From NCBI RefSeq assembly GCF_006345805.1, contig NC_043003.1, forward strand, positions 31,062,001-31,126,000: DNA of 64,000 nt, in the 5' to 3' direction. This document shows, in pieces, positions 1 through 13,446 of the stretch (its first letter is position 1; each line of letters begins with the position of its first letter). Under the pieces are notes generated by a model. The model saw only the letters and a list, made by a program, of their open reading frames with translations, did not search any database and was not told where the DNA came from. Origin of the DNA: Octopus sinensis (taxonomy: Eukaryota). A program made the translations under genes and the position numbers.

Positions 1-2900
1 GGACCAGGTTACCAGAAGTTCTTACTGGTATGCAAGAACTACACGGATCGGATTAGTGAACTAGCTAAGCGGCAGTGGACGAGGGCAATCATCAAAAACA
101 GGTGATGGGTCACCCTGGAGAGGGTGATTAGAATAGAATCAATAGCGTTTAGCAAAGAACTGGCAAAACAAATAAATATATTAGGAGAACTAGTTAGTAA
201 CTTAGAAGAGACGATTGGTAAAAGCATCGTGATCGACGTACCAGTGGAGAGAATGGCCCCTGACCATTTCCTTGAGGCAAAACACGAAATCTGCGTTGTC
301 AAAGCTAAGGTCCGTGCGCTCAAACGCGAAGGAACTAAAGTCATCCGATGGAGACAAGATGAGGCAACAAAACTATGATTAGGTCTTTGAGAGGCCGAGG
401 CGGGCGGGTACTTCTCGGTTCCGAACAGGTGTGTGCGACTTTCCAGCAGCACTTCGCACGATTGTTTGGGGAGGGTGATGAGTCGGTGACAGCAGGGGAG
501 TTTAGTTCGTACCTAGACAGCTTGCCATGTCTCGGCAGTGGGCGCGAGTTTCTACGAAAAGTCAATAACAGTCGCTTAAATATAGGAGGCAATGAGCGGT
601 TGCACATGTTGCAAATCGCCCGGTTTTGATGGTCTGCACCATGAATTCTCGAGTTCATGCCAGCCTTGTACGGTGGCCTCTTGGTAGACACTTACCGTAA
701 CTGAAAGCAGAACAGGAGAATTCTTAGTGTTGTTAGCCAGGGTGTGGTAACATCGCTGAAGAAAGTCGCTTACGAAGGGGATGTGCTAGGTAATTTTCGG
801 CTGATAACTCTGCTAAACATGGTGTTTAAGATTTTGGCTTTGGTGTCCGTGAAAATGTTGGTGCTTGTTTTCGGAGACTGGTTGGGAGAGCGCAAACATG
901 CGCTATCCAGAACAGGACTATCCACGACAACCTACATTTTATGCGATTCATCACTGAGAGGGCTAGGACAAAAGTTGACTTCGGTGGGGGTCCTGATCAA
1001 TTTGGGTCAGCCTGAAGCATTCGATAGGGTCGACCATCGTTACTTGGAAGCCATCGGGGAACTGGCCGGCTTCGGACCCGTTCTCAGAGGTTGGGTTACT
1101 GTAATACACAGCGGCACCTGCTTAGTAGTCAAATAAAGGGAACCGTTTCGTATCACACGCTTGGTCCGTCAGGGAAGTTCGCGCTCGCCTCTCCTGAACG
1201 TGTTGGCTCTCGAGCCAATGCTGCGGAAGCTGGAATAGTTGAGGAACATCCCACTCGAACCGGGACGCGAGAGGACAGTGTAAATGTACGTGGACGACGT
1301 CACCATCATGAACTCGACCGACGTCACCATCATGGACTTGAACAACTCTGAAGAGAAGGCAGTTTGTATCATTATAAAGGAATACGAGTTAGTGGCAGGG
1401 GTAAAAACCAACGCAGACAAGTTGGTAGGCTGGCAGCTGGGATCCTGAGAGACAGGTCTATGCCGTCCGGCGCCGTTGTTGGATGCTGGACTAACGGACC
1501 CGTTAAACTGCTTGGGATCTCGTTCAATCTCGACCTCCAGGTGGCTAAGAACTGGGACTAAATGACAAAAAGGTGGCTAGTATTACCCATAAATCGATAG
1601 AAAGGAAGCTGTACTTGAAAGGGGGGTCAGAAGTGGCGAATGCTTACATCATCATTTATCGCTTGACCGTCGTGCCTTGCCACAGCAACGTCTTGATCAA
1701 TTTGGAGCATATGTTATTTAGCTTCCCGTGGAAGGGACGAATTCCAATGGTCATGCAGTCAATGTGTTGTTAGCGCCCTCTGCATGGCAGCTACAACATG
1801 CTATTGCTGCTAATGCGCAGAGCGCTCTTAGGCTGCGCCACCTGCAACGATTCCTAGAAATTTAATCGTGTGTGGCACCGTTCGTGTGATACGTTTTTCC
1901 GTAGGTCGTCTCCTTGACGGAACTGCAGATCTTAGTGAATGAAAAATCAAGACTGGGAGACTGGCTCCTAGAGTGTCGTCAGGCGCTCACAGTCCTCTAT
2001 AAATCGGGCAATGGGATTGGTGGATGTTTCACTTTAGTAATGTATAGAGGATTAGTGTCAGGAAAGTGTAATGACGTTTTCGGGGAGACTTTGGGACTGG
2101 GGATCGACAAAAACGAACTGGCTCGTCAGTTACGAAGGGATTTCCGATCGGGGTGTACTACTGATAATTTCCAGATGTCCTTGGCCTGGCAGTGCTACCG
2201 AAGAGCGCTACCGGTTCGAGATAAACTCTACCAGCACAGATGTACAGTCAGAAGGAGTTGTTCGAGATGCATGCAGAGTGACGAAACCTTTTTGAGTATC
2301 TGAGCATTGCTGACTTGTGAAGTTCTGTCGAACAGCTGCTGTCGCGTGTGGGACGGATCTCTAGCTGGTGGCTATTGCAAAAGAAGTTGTCTGGTGAAGA
2401 AGGCTGAACGGCATAAAGACGGATACATTTCTCTTTGGTAGAGACCTCATCATCTTTTTCAAGTTTCATTTGAAAAGAAAAGTGAGGGCGTGGGGGGATG
2501 TGCTGTCCTCAAGCGAATTTATTGAAAGGTAAGTGAAAGTGGCAACAATGGCAAGAGTGGATGGCATCGCTTAAAGTATAGGTCTGTGAGTCAGAAGACT
2601 GGAACTGGAGCGGGCACTTGCCCTTGATATTCAGGAATATCTTCGATGGCGAGGTTGCTCGATTGTCCCTAAAGGCCCTCTTGTATCAGGTGGCCCACAT
2701 TACTATCACCTTTTTTTCTTTTACTGATGTATACTATGTATAATCCATTTCTTTGTTTTATTGTGTACGTGTATACTTTTTTTTACTTTTCATTTTCTCT
2801 CTAATTATTTCATTGTATGTAAATTCCCACACTTTATGCCTATCTTTCTATTGTTACGTCATCTGTCGCCCATCTTCTTCTTCTTCTTCTTCTTCTTCTT
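1..2900 (+). mobile_element. Degenerate non-LTR retrotransposon ORF2 (Tx1/L1-like RT plus C-terminal zinc knuckle) with 3' UTR ending in (TTC)n
   Basis: Broken frames give RT motifs NFRLITLLNMVFKILA, EAFDRVDHRYL, SVRQGSSRSPLLNVLALEPML and YVDDVT (about 1287), then LPVRDKLYQHRC..CSRCMQSDET. Many stops and frameshifts. Confidence 0.85.
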
Positions 2901-2904
2901 CTTG

Positions 2905-4186
2905 AGGGAGCGAGCAGAAGCGTTTTCACGCCGGGCAAATTGCTTATCAGCATTTCCTTCGTCTTTACGTTCTGAGTTCAAATTCTGCCAAGGTCGACTT
3001 TAATTTTCATCCTTTAGGAGTCGATAAAATATGTACTTGTTGAATATTGGAGTTGATATAATCGACTTACCCACTCCCATGAAATTGCTGGCCTTGTGCC
3101 AAAATTTGAAATCATTATTATTATGAAGGCAGCGAACTGGCAGAATCGTTAGCACGCTGGACAAAATGCTTCCCAGCATTTCTTCCGGCTTGAAATTTGG
3201 AGTTCAAATTCCGCCGAGTTTACCTTTCGTCTTTTCGGGGTCGATGAAATAAATACCAGTTAAGTACTGAGGTCGATGTAATCGACTATCCTTCACCCAC
3301 GAAAATTTCAGGCAATAGCAGAAAAGATTATTATCATTATTAATAAGGCGGCGGCAAGGCGGTGAACTGGCAGTGTCGTTAGCACGCCGGGCGAAATGCT
3401 TAGCACTATTTCGTCTGCCGCTACGTTCTGAGTTCAAATTCCGCCGAGGTCGACTTTGCCTTTCATCCTTTCGGGGTCGATAAATTAAGTACCAGTTACG
3501 CACTAGGGTCGATTTAATCGACTTAATCCCTTTGTCTGTCCTTGTTTGTCCACTCTATGTTTAGCCCTTTGTGGGTAGTAAAGAAATAGGTATTTCGTCT
3601 GCCGTTACGTTCTGAGTTCAAATTCTGCCAAGGTCGACTTTGTCTTTCATCCTTTCTGGGTCGATAAATTAAGTACCACTTGCGTACTGGGGTCGATACA
3701 ATCGACTGGGCTCCTCTCTCCAAATTTCAGGCTTTATGCCTATAGTAGAAAGGATTATTAATAAGGTGGCGAACTGGCAGAATCGTATGCACGCCGGGCG
3801 AAGTGCTTGGCGGTACTTCGCCCGTTGCTACGATCATCTGAGTTCAAATTCCGCCGAGGTCAGCTTTGCCTTTCATCCTTTCGGGGTCGATTAATTGAAG
3901 TACCAGTGAAACACTGGGGTCGATGTAATCAATTAGTCCCCTCCCCCAAAATTTCAGGCCTTGTGCCTATTGTAGAAAGGATCATCAATATTCTTAAGGT
4001 GGCAACCTGATAGAATCATTAGTACGCCAAACAAAATGTTTAGCGGCATTTCTTCTGGCTCGATTCACTTTGAGTTCCAATACTGCCAAGTTCCACTTTG
4101 CCATTCATCTTTTCGAGTTGGATAAATTTAGTACCCGTCAATAATCGACTGCTCCTGTTCCCAAACTTTCAGGCTCTGTGCCTGTA

Positions 4187-4241
<55 letters not shown>

Positions 4242-4460
4242 TTAAGGTGGCAGAATCGTTATCGCGCTGGATGAAGTGCTTAGCAGTATTTTGCCTGTCG
4301 CTACGTTCTGAGTTTAAATTACGCCGAGGTCGACTTTGTCTTTCATCATTTCAGAGTCGATAAAGTAAGTACCAGTTGAACACTGGGGTCGATGTAATCG
4401 ACACATCTCCACCTCCAAAATTGCTGCCGTTGTGGCAAAATTTTTGAAACCATTATTATT
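2905..4460 (+). mobile_element. Head-to-tail cluster of about 6-7 tRNA-derived SINEs (family A) separated by (ATT)n tails
   Basis: Repeated GGCGGCGA(A/G)CTGGCAGAATCGTTAGC (A-box-like), GAGTTCAAATTCC (B box) and a conserved GCCTTTCATCCTTTCGGGGTCGATAAA..AGTACCAGT body. Confidence 0.9.
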
Positions 4461-5779
4461 GTTATTGTTATATCATCATTATTATTATTATTGTATTATC
4501 ATTATAGGCCTTGTGCCTATAATAGAAAGTATTATTATTATTATTATTATTATTATATTATTATTATTATTATTATTATTTCGCCCGACCACCTCTCTCA
4601 ATGTTTGATGATAAATATTATAGAAACTCCAATAGAAGAGATAAATTAGAACGAAATTGCTTTTTCTTTGAAAGTTTCAGGTAGAAATACAAAGAATTCT
4701 TTAAAAATATGATATAAAAAGTAACAAAAAAAAGCAGAAACCCAAAACAAAAGAAAGACAAAACAAAAGTTTTCAATGATGTGGTATGTCATTGATTATG
4801 ATATTGTAATTAAAATAACATTGAATTTAAAAACAAAGCTACATCGAAACATTCGTATAATTATTTTTACTGGTTCTAGTCCTTAGATTGGTGCCATGAA
4901 GGGGGCACCGCCTTCAGCGGGTATTAGTTGATTGTATGATGATAAATATTATCGGACCACTTGAGAAAATTATTTAAAAATAACAATTGAAGAGAAAAAT
5001 ATAATAAAATTAAAATATTTTGAAATGTTATTCATAATTAAAATGTAACAAAAATCCCCAACAACAACAAAAAATTAAGAAAACAATGAAATATAAAAAT
5101 AAAACCTGTTAAAAAAAACGGAGAAATGAAAACATTTTTTTAATTAAGAAATTGACTCAAAGAGACTTTGTTGCCGAAAACAGAATTTTAAAACAAGCGG
5201 GGAAGAAATAAAATAAATAAGGTTAGCAGAGAAATGTGGATCTTCAGACAAATCCTTAAAAGGAAAGTAATTTGTTTTCTGCGAGCCATTAGCTAAAAAT
5301 ACGAAACATAAAAATTATTAATAAGAAGATATTGTTTTTTTTTTATTTCCCCCCTTTACGAAAGATAATTACCATTTTGTTACAAAAGGAGGCAAAAACA
5401 AACTCCCTCTCAGTTGTTTGTTAATTGAATGGGATTGTTGAAAGATATTTTTTTTGTTTTGTTTTGTTGCTATTTTAACCTGTTTCAGAATTAAGGTGCC
5501 TCTTCGCTACTCTTAGCAAAACAGAAAAAAAACAAAAAAACAAAATAAAACAAAAACAAAAACGTACAGAAAACCCACATAGACGACACATCAGATGGAA
5601 ACTGCTTGATAACAATTGCATTTTGCTGTCAAAATACCAACAAACATTATTTTTCAAGAGATATTTCTTCTAATATCCAGTGCGCATTTGCACCATTATC
5701 TTTTGATGGCAGTTCGCGTTGGTAGGAGAAGGTAATGATGCCATGTAGAATTGCTTCCTTGTAATAAAAGAGTAATTGC

Positions 5780-6100
5780 TTTCTGGATAGGAAGCAGGCA
5801 ATGTGATTGAGTGTTTCTTGCTGGTCCCTTCCACCTATTCTGCAATTATGTTTGTTTTTAATATTTTCTGATGGCAAAGCTTTGTTCATGTCATGTTCCC
5901 CCTTTTTCTAAAATCCTTAATTTTCAGCTTTGAGTTCTGGGTTTCTCAGTCATCGCCGAGTTTACCCTTCTTTTTCTTTGTAGCTTTCTTTATCCTCTAT
6001 CACTTTGCAATTGTCGGTTAATAGCGCTTTGAGTTGGGGTGGGAGTGGGGGATGGGATTAGAATGCCTTTCTTGTCAGATAATCACACGCCATACAAGTG
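5780..6100 (-). mobile_element. Decayed R4/Dong-like (RLE-type) LINE fragment
   Basis: Minus-strand translation NPELKAE..HNCRIGGRDQQETLNHIA resembles the CRxC..ETxxHI knuckle region of RLE LINEs. Confidence 0.5.
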
Positions 6101-7459
6101 ATTTTTAGAAAATGATTTTATAGAGCGCTTTGTATTTCTATTTACATTGTTCAGAGGGAAACAAAACAAAACGAAAAAATAAATAATAATAAATAAATAT
6201 AACCAAACAAAAACAAACAACGCGATTCTAATTTCTTCTCTTTCACATTCAGTGGTTTGTTAACGTATTATTAAATCCTCAGCCTTAGCCATCACGTTCT
6301 ATTTTTGAATCGTAAACAATTTTACCGCTTTCTGAGATATTATATGCTCCCGAATTGTTTTCATAAATAATTTTTTTTTCTGGTAAAATAAAGGAAGAAA
6401 GTAAAGAATACCAAATATAAACAAAAGAAATCCAAAAATAGCTTTATTTCTTCCTTAGTGTTTAAAGGAACAAATACAGGCTTGCCTTCTTTCTGAACAT
6501 AATTCCTCCTCCACCTAATACCATGTATAATAATATTAATAAACAAAAAAATAATATTAATAAACAAAAAAAAAGTTAATATGATGGCGGTGGTGATGGT
6601 TGTGGATTCGTTTTACGAAGGACTATAAAAGGTAATGTTAGAATAGAATCGTTTGTTAGCGTGACGGACGAAATTCCTTAACCAGTATTAGGTTACATCA
6701 TATTTTAGAGTTCTGGGTTCAGATCTTGCCAGGTATGCGTCTTAATTTTTTAATTCTTTGGTATTTGACTGTTAATTAATTTTGTTGCGAGCAGGAGAGA
6801 TAAGATAATTATCAGTAAGTTACTGGTGTTGATTAAATTAATTACTTATCCCGCCACTAAATATTTTGTGGCCTAGTGTCAATTTAGGGAATCTTTATTT
6901 TAGACATTGATTAATGAACTCTGTGTGTGTGTGTATACACACACACACATGTAAGAATCTCTGGATCTTCACCGGTTTCAACGATGAATGTTCCAACTGT
7001 TCGATCAGCAGAACGGTTAAGTTATTGGATATAGTGTGAAAATGGCTTAGTATTCCACAAACATGAAGTATGTTCAATGTAATCAGTATCAAAGAATGTA
7101 TAACAAGACTGACTTTTTGAATTACAGGTATATTTCATCTTATGGGATTCCCAACAGTTTCCATCAACCCAGTTTCACTGACAAGGCTTGTGCCGACTCG
7201 AGGAGGTTATAATAAAAGATAGTTACTCAAGATATCACGCAGTAACATTGAACCCCGAACGTTATGATTGTAAAACAAACTTCTTAACCATTTAGCAACA
7301 CCTGCATCTATTTGTCAGGTCACGGACTATCTACAGTATTCAATGCATTTTCTCTCACTCGCTGACAATTCTGCCAGTTCGTCACGTTGAATATAGTTAT
7401 AATAATAGCAATATAATATTTACAAATAATAGTAAAACCCCTCTCATGAAAAAAAAAAA

Positions 7460-7545
7460 AAAGCCGAGGGTTACCTGCGGGACTTGAATCTGCATTTTCT
7501 GTACTCATGACAGAGGCGCTAACCTTCACCCTCGCCTTTTTCGTT
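7460..7545 (-). pseudogene. Degenerate tRNA-like sequence followed by oligo-T
   Basis: Minus strand reads GGTTAGCGCC-TCTGT-CATGAGT-ACAGA (anticodon-arm-like), then GATTCAAGTCCCGC (B-box-like), then a T run. No intact acceptor stem. Confidence 0.35.
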
Positions 7546-8037
7546 CATCTGATGAGAAACTCTAATTTTACAAACGAGAAAGTAAATCTGTTTACATCAT
7601 GAAAATGATATAAACAGATTTATCATGAAAATGAAAACTTTTGGAGATGTGAAATAAATTATTTGAAGAGCGAGTTGAAGTGGACACGTCTATAAGCAGA
7701 ATTATTTTCTCGCTTGTCAGAATAAAACATCTAATCGAAAGGACGAAAAAGCAAATGTTTACGTTTACGTAGTGGTTAGCACGTCTGTCATGGATACAGG
7801 TGATGCAGTTCGAGTTAAAGTCAACGAGGGGTGATGAATTCGAAGAAAGGAGAGAGAAGTCAAAATAAGTGGACAAAATGTTGTTGGGTGTTCGTGGGGT
7901 TCGAATGGCAGTTAATGGAAAAGATATATATTCTGAGATATAGTTTCAATAATAATTTGATTCGGATCTATATGACTTAAGGTTTCGTGGAACGCGTCTA
8001 TCTTTATTCTTCTATCTTCTAATATCTGACGAGTTGA

Positions 8038-8253
8038 CGGCGGCGAGCTGGTAGAATCGTTAGCATGCCGGTCAAAATGCTTAGCAGCATTGTGTCCGTC
8101 GTTATGTGTTCTGAGTTCAAATTCTGCAGAAGTTGATTTTACCTTTCATCCTTTTGGGGTAGATTAAAATAAGTACCAAACGAGCACTGGGGTCGATGTA
8201 ATCGACTTAACCCCTCCTCGAAGATGCTGGGCTTGTGCCGAAATTTGAAACCA
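8038..8253 (+). mobile_element. Family A SINE with target-site duplication
   Basis: Full head and body, flanked by AATATCTGACGAGTTGAC and AATATCTGATGAGATGGAC. Confidence 0.85.
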
Positions 8254-9279
8254 ATATCTGATGAGATGGACGCATCCAAGGCACCCACGAAACTAAGGAA
8301 AATGAAACTGAGTCAAACTGTTATTAAAAATATATATTATCGACAGGGGCTAGTACCGAGAGGTAATATTTATTCCCACTTAAATGTGGATGTTCTATTA
8401 GAACAAACTACACTGCGGTAGTTACCATGAGAGAAACTCTCATATTGGCTTTTTGGTGCAAAAAACACTTGCTTATATCGCTAGCGGGGGTTTATCCCCA
8501 AACCCGGCTGCCTCTAGTGCAAAGACCACCAAATCACATGACTGTGACCGTGTTTGGTTTTATCAATGATGTAAATACGACCGCAAGAGGTAGCAGTGAT
8601 TCAGCTCCCCGCCAGCGATGTTATAGATTGACAGTGCCAGAACAGGCCTGGTGGCGCTATTAGCCAGTTAGTTTGTTAAAAATACATAGCGACAGAGGCA
8701 GTATTAATACCACCAAATATAAGTAACTCCTACCGAATTCGTAGGGTGCCATTTTCTTTCGGTTGTCCACTCACTCCTATTCTAAGAATAGGAGTGAGTG
8801 GAAATTCCAAATACATTCTTGGTGTATATAAATTTATTTCTATCTTCTTCTTTTGAATACCAAAGCATAATCTCTAAGAATGTCATAGAAAAAAATTTGA
8901 AATTATTGCATACTTGCTATAATATGATAATTCCTTTCAACAAGTATAAAAATATTTTTCAGAATCAGTCAGCAATTATTCATAAATTACAATAAAAAAT
9001 TTCATATATGAATCCTCCGGTTTATAAAATATCTGGAATTTATTAGTGCTGAATATTTTTTCTATTATGGCTTCATCTCATCCAGACGATATAACATTAA
9101 CATGTGTTTATCTAGTAAAGAAAGAATTTGTTAGGCTCATTTTCTCATTTCTCGGTTTCGTATACGATAAAACGTATCGTTGTGACAGAGGTCATGTGAC
9201 ACCATTTTACATAGTGACGAATAGAACACAGCGATAAACATGATAGAACGATAAACATGGTAAAGGCAGAATCTTCTAT

Positions 9280-10194
9280 TTTTTTACTTGTTTCAGCTGT
9301 TGGATTGTGGCCATGTTGGGGCACCTCTTTCAAGGCGTTTAGTCGAACAAACCGACCCTAAGTCCGGTACTTATTCTATTGGTCTCATATGCTGAACCGC
9401 TAAGTTATGGGGAGTTAAACAAACCAAGACTAGTTGTCAAGTGGTGTGTGCATGTGTGTGTGCGCGTGCGTGTGTGCGTGCGTGTGTGTGTGTGTGTGTG
9501 TGACAAACACAAACGCAAAGACACACACATATACATATTTACACACACACACATACATGTATATCCACCCACCTCCCACTATTCATGAGAGTATCATGAG
9601 GCAAAGCCTTCAGCTATCTCCTCCATGTGGCCCTATCAGAAGCCACTGTCGTTACACTTTCCATGGAAAACATTTTTAAAACGATTTTAAAACGATTTTA
9701 AGTCTGGTGCTTATTCTATGGGTCTTTTTTATAGAACCTCTAAATTATGGGAACTTAGACAAAATAACATTGATTTCAAGCGGCAGAAGAGCAAAAAACA
9801 AATGACACACCCACACGGGGCTTCTACACTATACTATCTGCAAAGTTTACTCATGAGCTATACTAAAATGCCTAAAGTGCCGTAGGTCTGAACCAGAAAT
9901 CACATTCTTGCGAAATTAACTTCTCAACCACACAGCCATGACTACACCTATAATCAGTTATCATAAGGAACATGAAAAATACAAAACAAGATTTTCTCTC
10001 TATATGAGGTAACAATAGAGTTTAAAAATAAATGCATAAAATAGATGGATAAAAACAAAAATGGTTGTGTGGTAAGAAGCTTGCTTCTCAATCACATGGT
10101 TCCAGGTTCAGTCCAAATGCGTGGCACCTTGGGCAAGTGTCTTCTACTATAACCTTGTGAGTGGATTTGGTAGACGGAAACTGAAAGAGGCCCG

Positions 10195-10265
<71 letters not shown>

Positions 10266-10465
10266 AGTGTGTCTGTGTTTGTCATTCCGCCCTCGCATAA
10301 CAACGGATGTAAAGTGGTTCGGCAAAAGAGACCGATAGAATAAGTATTAGGCTTACAAAGAATAAATCCTGGGGTTCATTTCTTCGACTAAAACCATTCA
10401 AGGTGATACTCCAGCATGGCCGCAGTCAAATGACTGAAACAAGTGTAAAAATAAAAGAATAAAAT
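9280..10465. mobile_element. Family B SINE copies (CORE-like, with internal microsatellite): decayed minus copies about 9280-9950 and a plus copy about 10060-10465
   Basis: TGTGTGGTAAGAAGC..GGTTCAGTCC..GCACCTTGGGCAAGTGTCTTCTACTATA head and CCAGCATGGCCGCAGTCAAATGACTGAAACAAG tail. Confidence 0.8.
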
Positions 10466-10479
10466 CTGAAAAAGAAACA

Positions 10480-11100
10480 CACAGAGAAAAAAGTAGATTA
10501 AGAGAAAAGATTTGAAGCGGAACTTACAGAAAAAGAAATACTACTGAAGAATGGAGAAAAAGAGATCTTTCCATGGTTTGTATCCTGTAAGACCACATGT
10601 GTAAAAATGAGGCAAAATGAAATATCTGAATAATAACCCAAACGCTTTGCATTGTGAAAAACGACGATCTGATTAATGCTTGGCTACAAACAGGTACACA
10701 CAAATGAAAAAGAGAAGCTACCATTAACTGCAGACTCTGCAACCACTATAAATAAAAATTTAAACAATTGACTATTGTTTCAGGCTGTCCCATCCTCACA
10801 ATGACAAGATATATAACCTAGATATTTCCTGGATAAGTAACTATATCTGCAGGTCAAACTACTGAAGCTTTTGCATAGAAACTAAGAATAAGTGATGGGG
10901 GCATGTAACTAATGTGGTTTGTGGTAATGCTATGGTTATAGACTTCTGAGATTTATCTTTTCTAGACTGAAAAGGAGATGGAATTCAAATCATCACGATA
11001 TCATTGTCAAAACAAAAATAGTAGGAACATATATTCTGAAAGCAGTAAAAATATATTTCAAGGTACAATGACTTCACAATGGATATTATCGGATAAGAGT
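10480..11100 (+). mobile_element. Highly decayed R4/Dong-like LINE fragment
   Basis: Translates to INCRLCNH...IVSGCPIL, the CCHC knuckle region. The rest is heavily mutated. Confidence 0.45.
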
Positions 11101-11132
11101 AAATATGTTACATATATATATATATATGTATG

Positions 11133-11196
<64 letters not shown>

Positions 11197-11249
11197 GTAC
11201 GCGCAGGGTTTGCATCGCCGTCCGATGCCTTTTTTTCATTTTAATAATG

Positions 11250-11670
11250 GTTTCAAATTTTGGACTTCAGTATTTGTAAGGGGGAGGATAAGCTGATTAC
11301 ATTGACCTCAGGTTCACCTGATACTTATTTTATCCACTCCAAAAGGATGAAAAGCAAAGTGGATCTCAGTAGTGGAATTTGAACTCAGAGCATAAAGCCG
11401 GACGAAATAATTACCAGCATTTCGTCCGGCGTGCTTTACGATTCTGCCAGTTTACAGCCTTACGAATATTAATAATGATAATAATCCTTTCTATTTCTAG
11501 GCGCAAGGCCTGGAATTTTGGCGGGAGTGGTATAATCGATTTCACCGGCCCCAGCTCTTGACTGGTATTTATTTCATCGACCCCGAAAGGATGAAATGTA
11601 AAATCGGCAGAATTTGAACTCAGAACGTAAAGACAGACGAGATGCTGCTCAGCATTTTATCTGGCTTGCT
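11250..11670 (-). mobile_element. Two family A SINE copies
   Basis: Reverse complements of the family A body (GGATGAAA..GAATTTGAACTCAGA). Confidence 0.75.
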
Positions 11671-12436
11671 ATATAATTTTAATAATACAAGCACTCTACA
11701 AATACAATAGACGATATTGGTGACACGACAGGAACAAGTGGTGTAGCGAAAAACTTATAGTAAAACTACTGAAATACAAAACAAAATATAAAACAATAAT
11801 GAAAAATTATTTTTTTAAATAAACCACTTAATTGATTAATTTGTTTTTGAGCAAGAATAATTCATTAGATTCTGATCATCAAGTCCAACCTTACACGTTT
11901 AAACCCTTCCTCACTATAAAAGAAATATTGATGAAGGAAAAAAATAATTTAATAAAAATAATAAAAACAGAATGAAAAACAAATTAAACAAATCACCTAT
12001 TGAGTTGAAAGAAACAAAACAGACTTTTACGTGAAGTTGATAATTAAGCCACTTAAAAAATCTATCAAGAACTAAAAGATTTTAATAAAATATGATCACC
12101 AAAAGTGTCTTTACTTTTTCAGTAAGATGTTTTTATAAACTTGAAGGAAAAAAAAATTAAATTTCTGAATTTATTTAAAATGTTAAAATAAGATAAATAT
12201 TCATGTTGAAAAAATAAATGAAAAATCTCATTCATTTTAATGTGTCCAAAGTAATAAAAAAATATTCTCTTCCATAATTAAGGTAAAAAAAATTAGCTTG
12301 AGAACCGAGTAGATGTTTCTTTTCGCCTTAAAACAACTAGAACCGTATTATTATTATTATATTTCCCAGATAATATTATAAGCGAAAGGGATGCATGGAA
12401 ATATTACATTTTAGAAACGTTCTTATTTTTATTCAT

Positions 12437-12802
12437 TCATCTATCCATTATTCCAGAGTGGGTTGAGGGTGTAGAATCCTCTGGGGTCCATAGGGTCCTA
12501 TCAGAAGCAACCGTCTTTCCACTTCCCGGTTGGGTTCCCAAGCACGACCAACTGAAACTATGGATAGTACTCATCCATCTCATTCTTGGTTTACTTCTCT
12601 GTCTCCTCTCTGTTGGCTCAGCTTGAAAAATTCGTCTTGCAGGTATTTTCTGCGACCTGCTAATCACATGTCCGTAGTATCGGAGCTATAAACTCACAAT
12701 GCGGAGAAGTAGCGGTTGGAACTGCAGGGACGTCCTGATATTCGAGTTACGCATCCTGTCGTATAACGTTATTCCAAAGATCCTTCGAAGGAACCGTTTC
12801 AG
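12437..12802 (-). mobile_element. RTE-like LINE 3' fragment
   Basis: RFLRRIFGITLYDRMRNSNIR...LRYYGHVISR...RRQRSKPRMRW, a typical RTE C-terminus. A related plus-strand copy lies at about 15500-15790. Confidence 0.75.
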
Positions 12803-13001
12803 CCGCTTATATTCGCAATCATACTCTTTCTGTCATTTTTATTTTGATTTTAATTTTGATGCATAAATTTATAGATCTTCATAAACAATGCTTTATTATG
12901 TTAAAGATTTCAACCATATTTTCGTTCCATAGTCGAGGTTGTGTAGACCGTAACAATCGTTTCCACATGTATTTATTTCGTTTATATCCCATAGCCTAGC
13001 T

Positions 13002-13446
13002 CAGTGGTTCTCAACCGGAGCCTGTATGACTCTTGGTGGGCAGGAGGGTTCACATAAGATTTTGTTTGCTAAAATTTGTGTGCAATAAACTGGTTTTACT
13101 TCTGCTATACACAAATAATTATAATCATAATTAATTAATTTGTTTTGACGAAGAATAATTCATTAGATTCTGATCATTAAGTCCAACCTCACACGTTTAA
13201 ACCTTAAAAATATGTTGATGCAGGAAAAAATAATTTAATAAAAATAATAAAAATATAATGAAAAAACAAAAAGCAAAATAAACAAATATCTTATTGAGTT
13301 GAAAGAAGGTAATCAAACTTTTACAAAACTAATTTTAATTATAAAAATATAAAAGGATTTTTTAAATATTGAATGGCGACGATGTTCCTACCAAGCAAGA
13401 TAGGAATCAAAGTGTGTCGAAGGTAACAATTAGCTGAGAACCGCCG
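13002..13446. mobile_element. hAT/Charlie-type MITE
   Basis: Starts CAGTGGTTCTCAACC and ends with the degenerate inverse GCTGAGAACCGCCG. Confidence 0.55.

Noticed and set aside
3204-4363. Recurrent short ORFs such as YLIYRPRKDERQSRPRRNLNSER
   Set aside because: They are antisense or sense translations of SINE family A, not a protein family.
8255-8300. CTGATGAG...GAAA hammerhead-like string
   Set aside because: There is no pairing stem I or III, and CTGATGAG is part of the SINE target-site duplication. CTGATGAGAAAC at about 7549 has no stem II.
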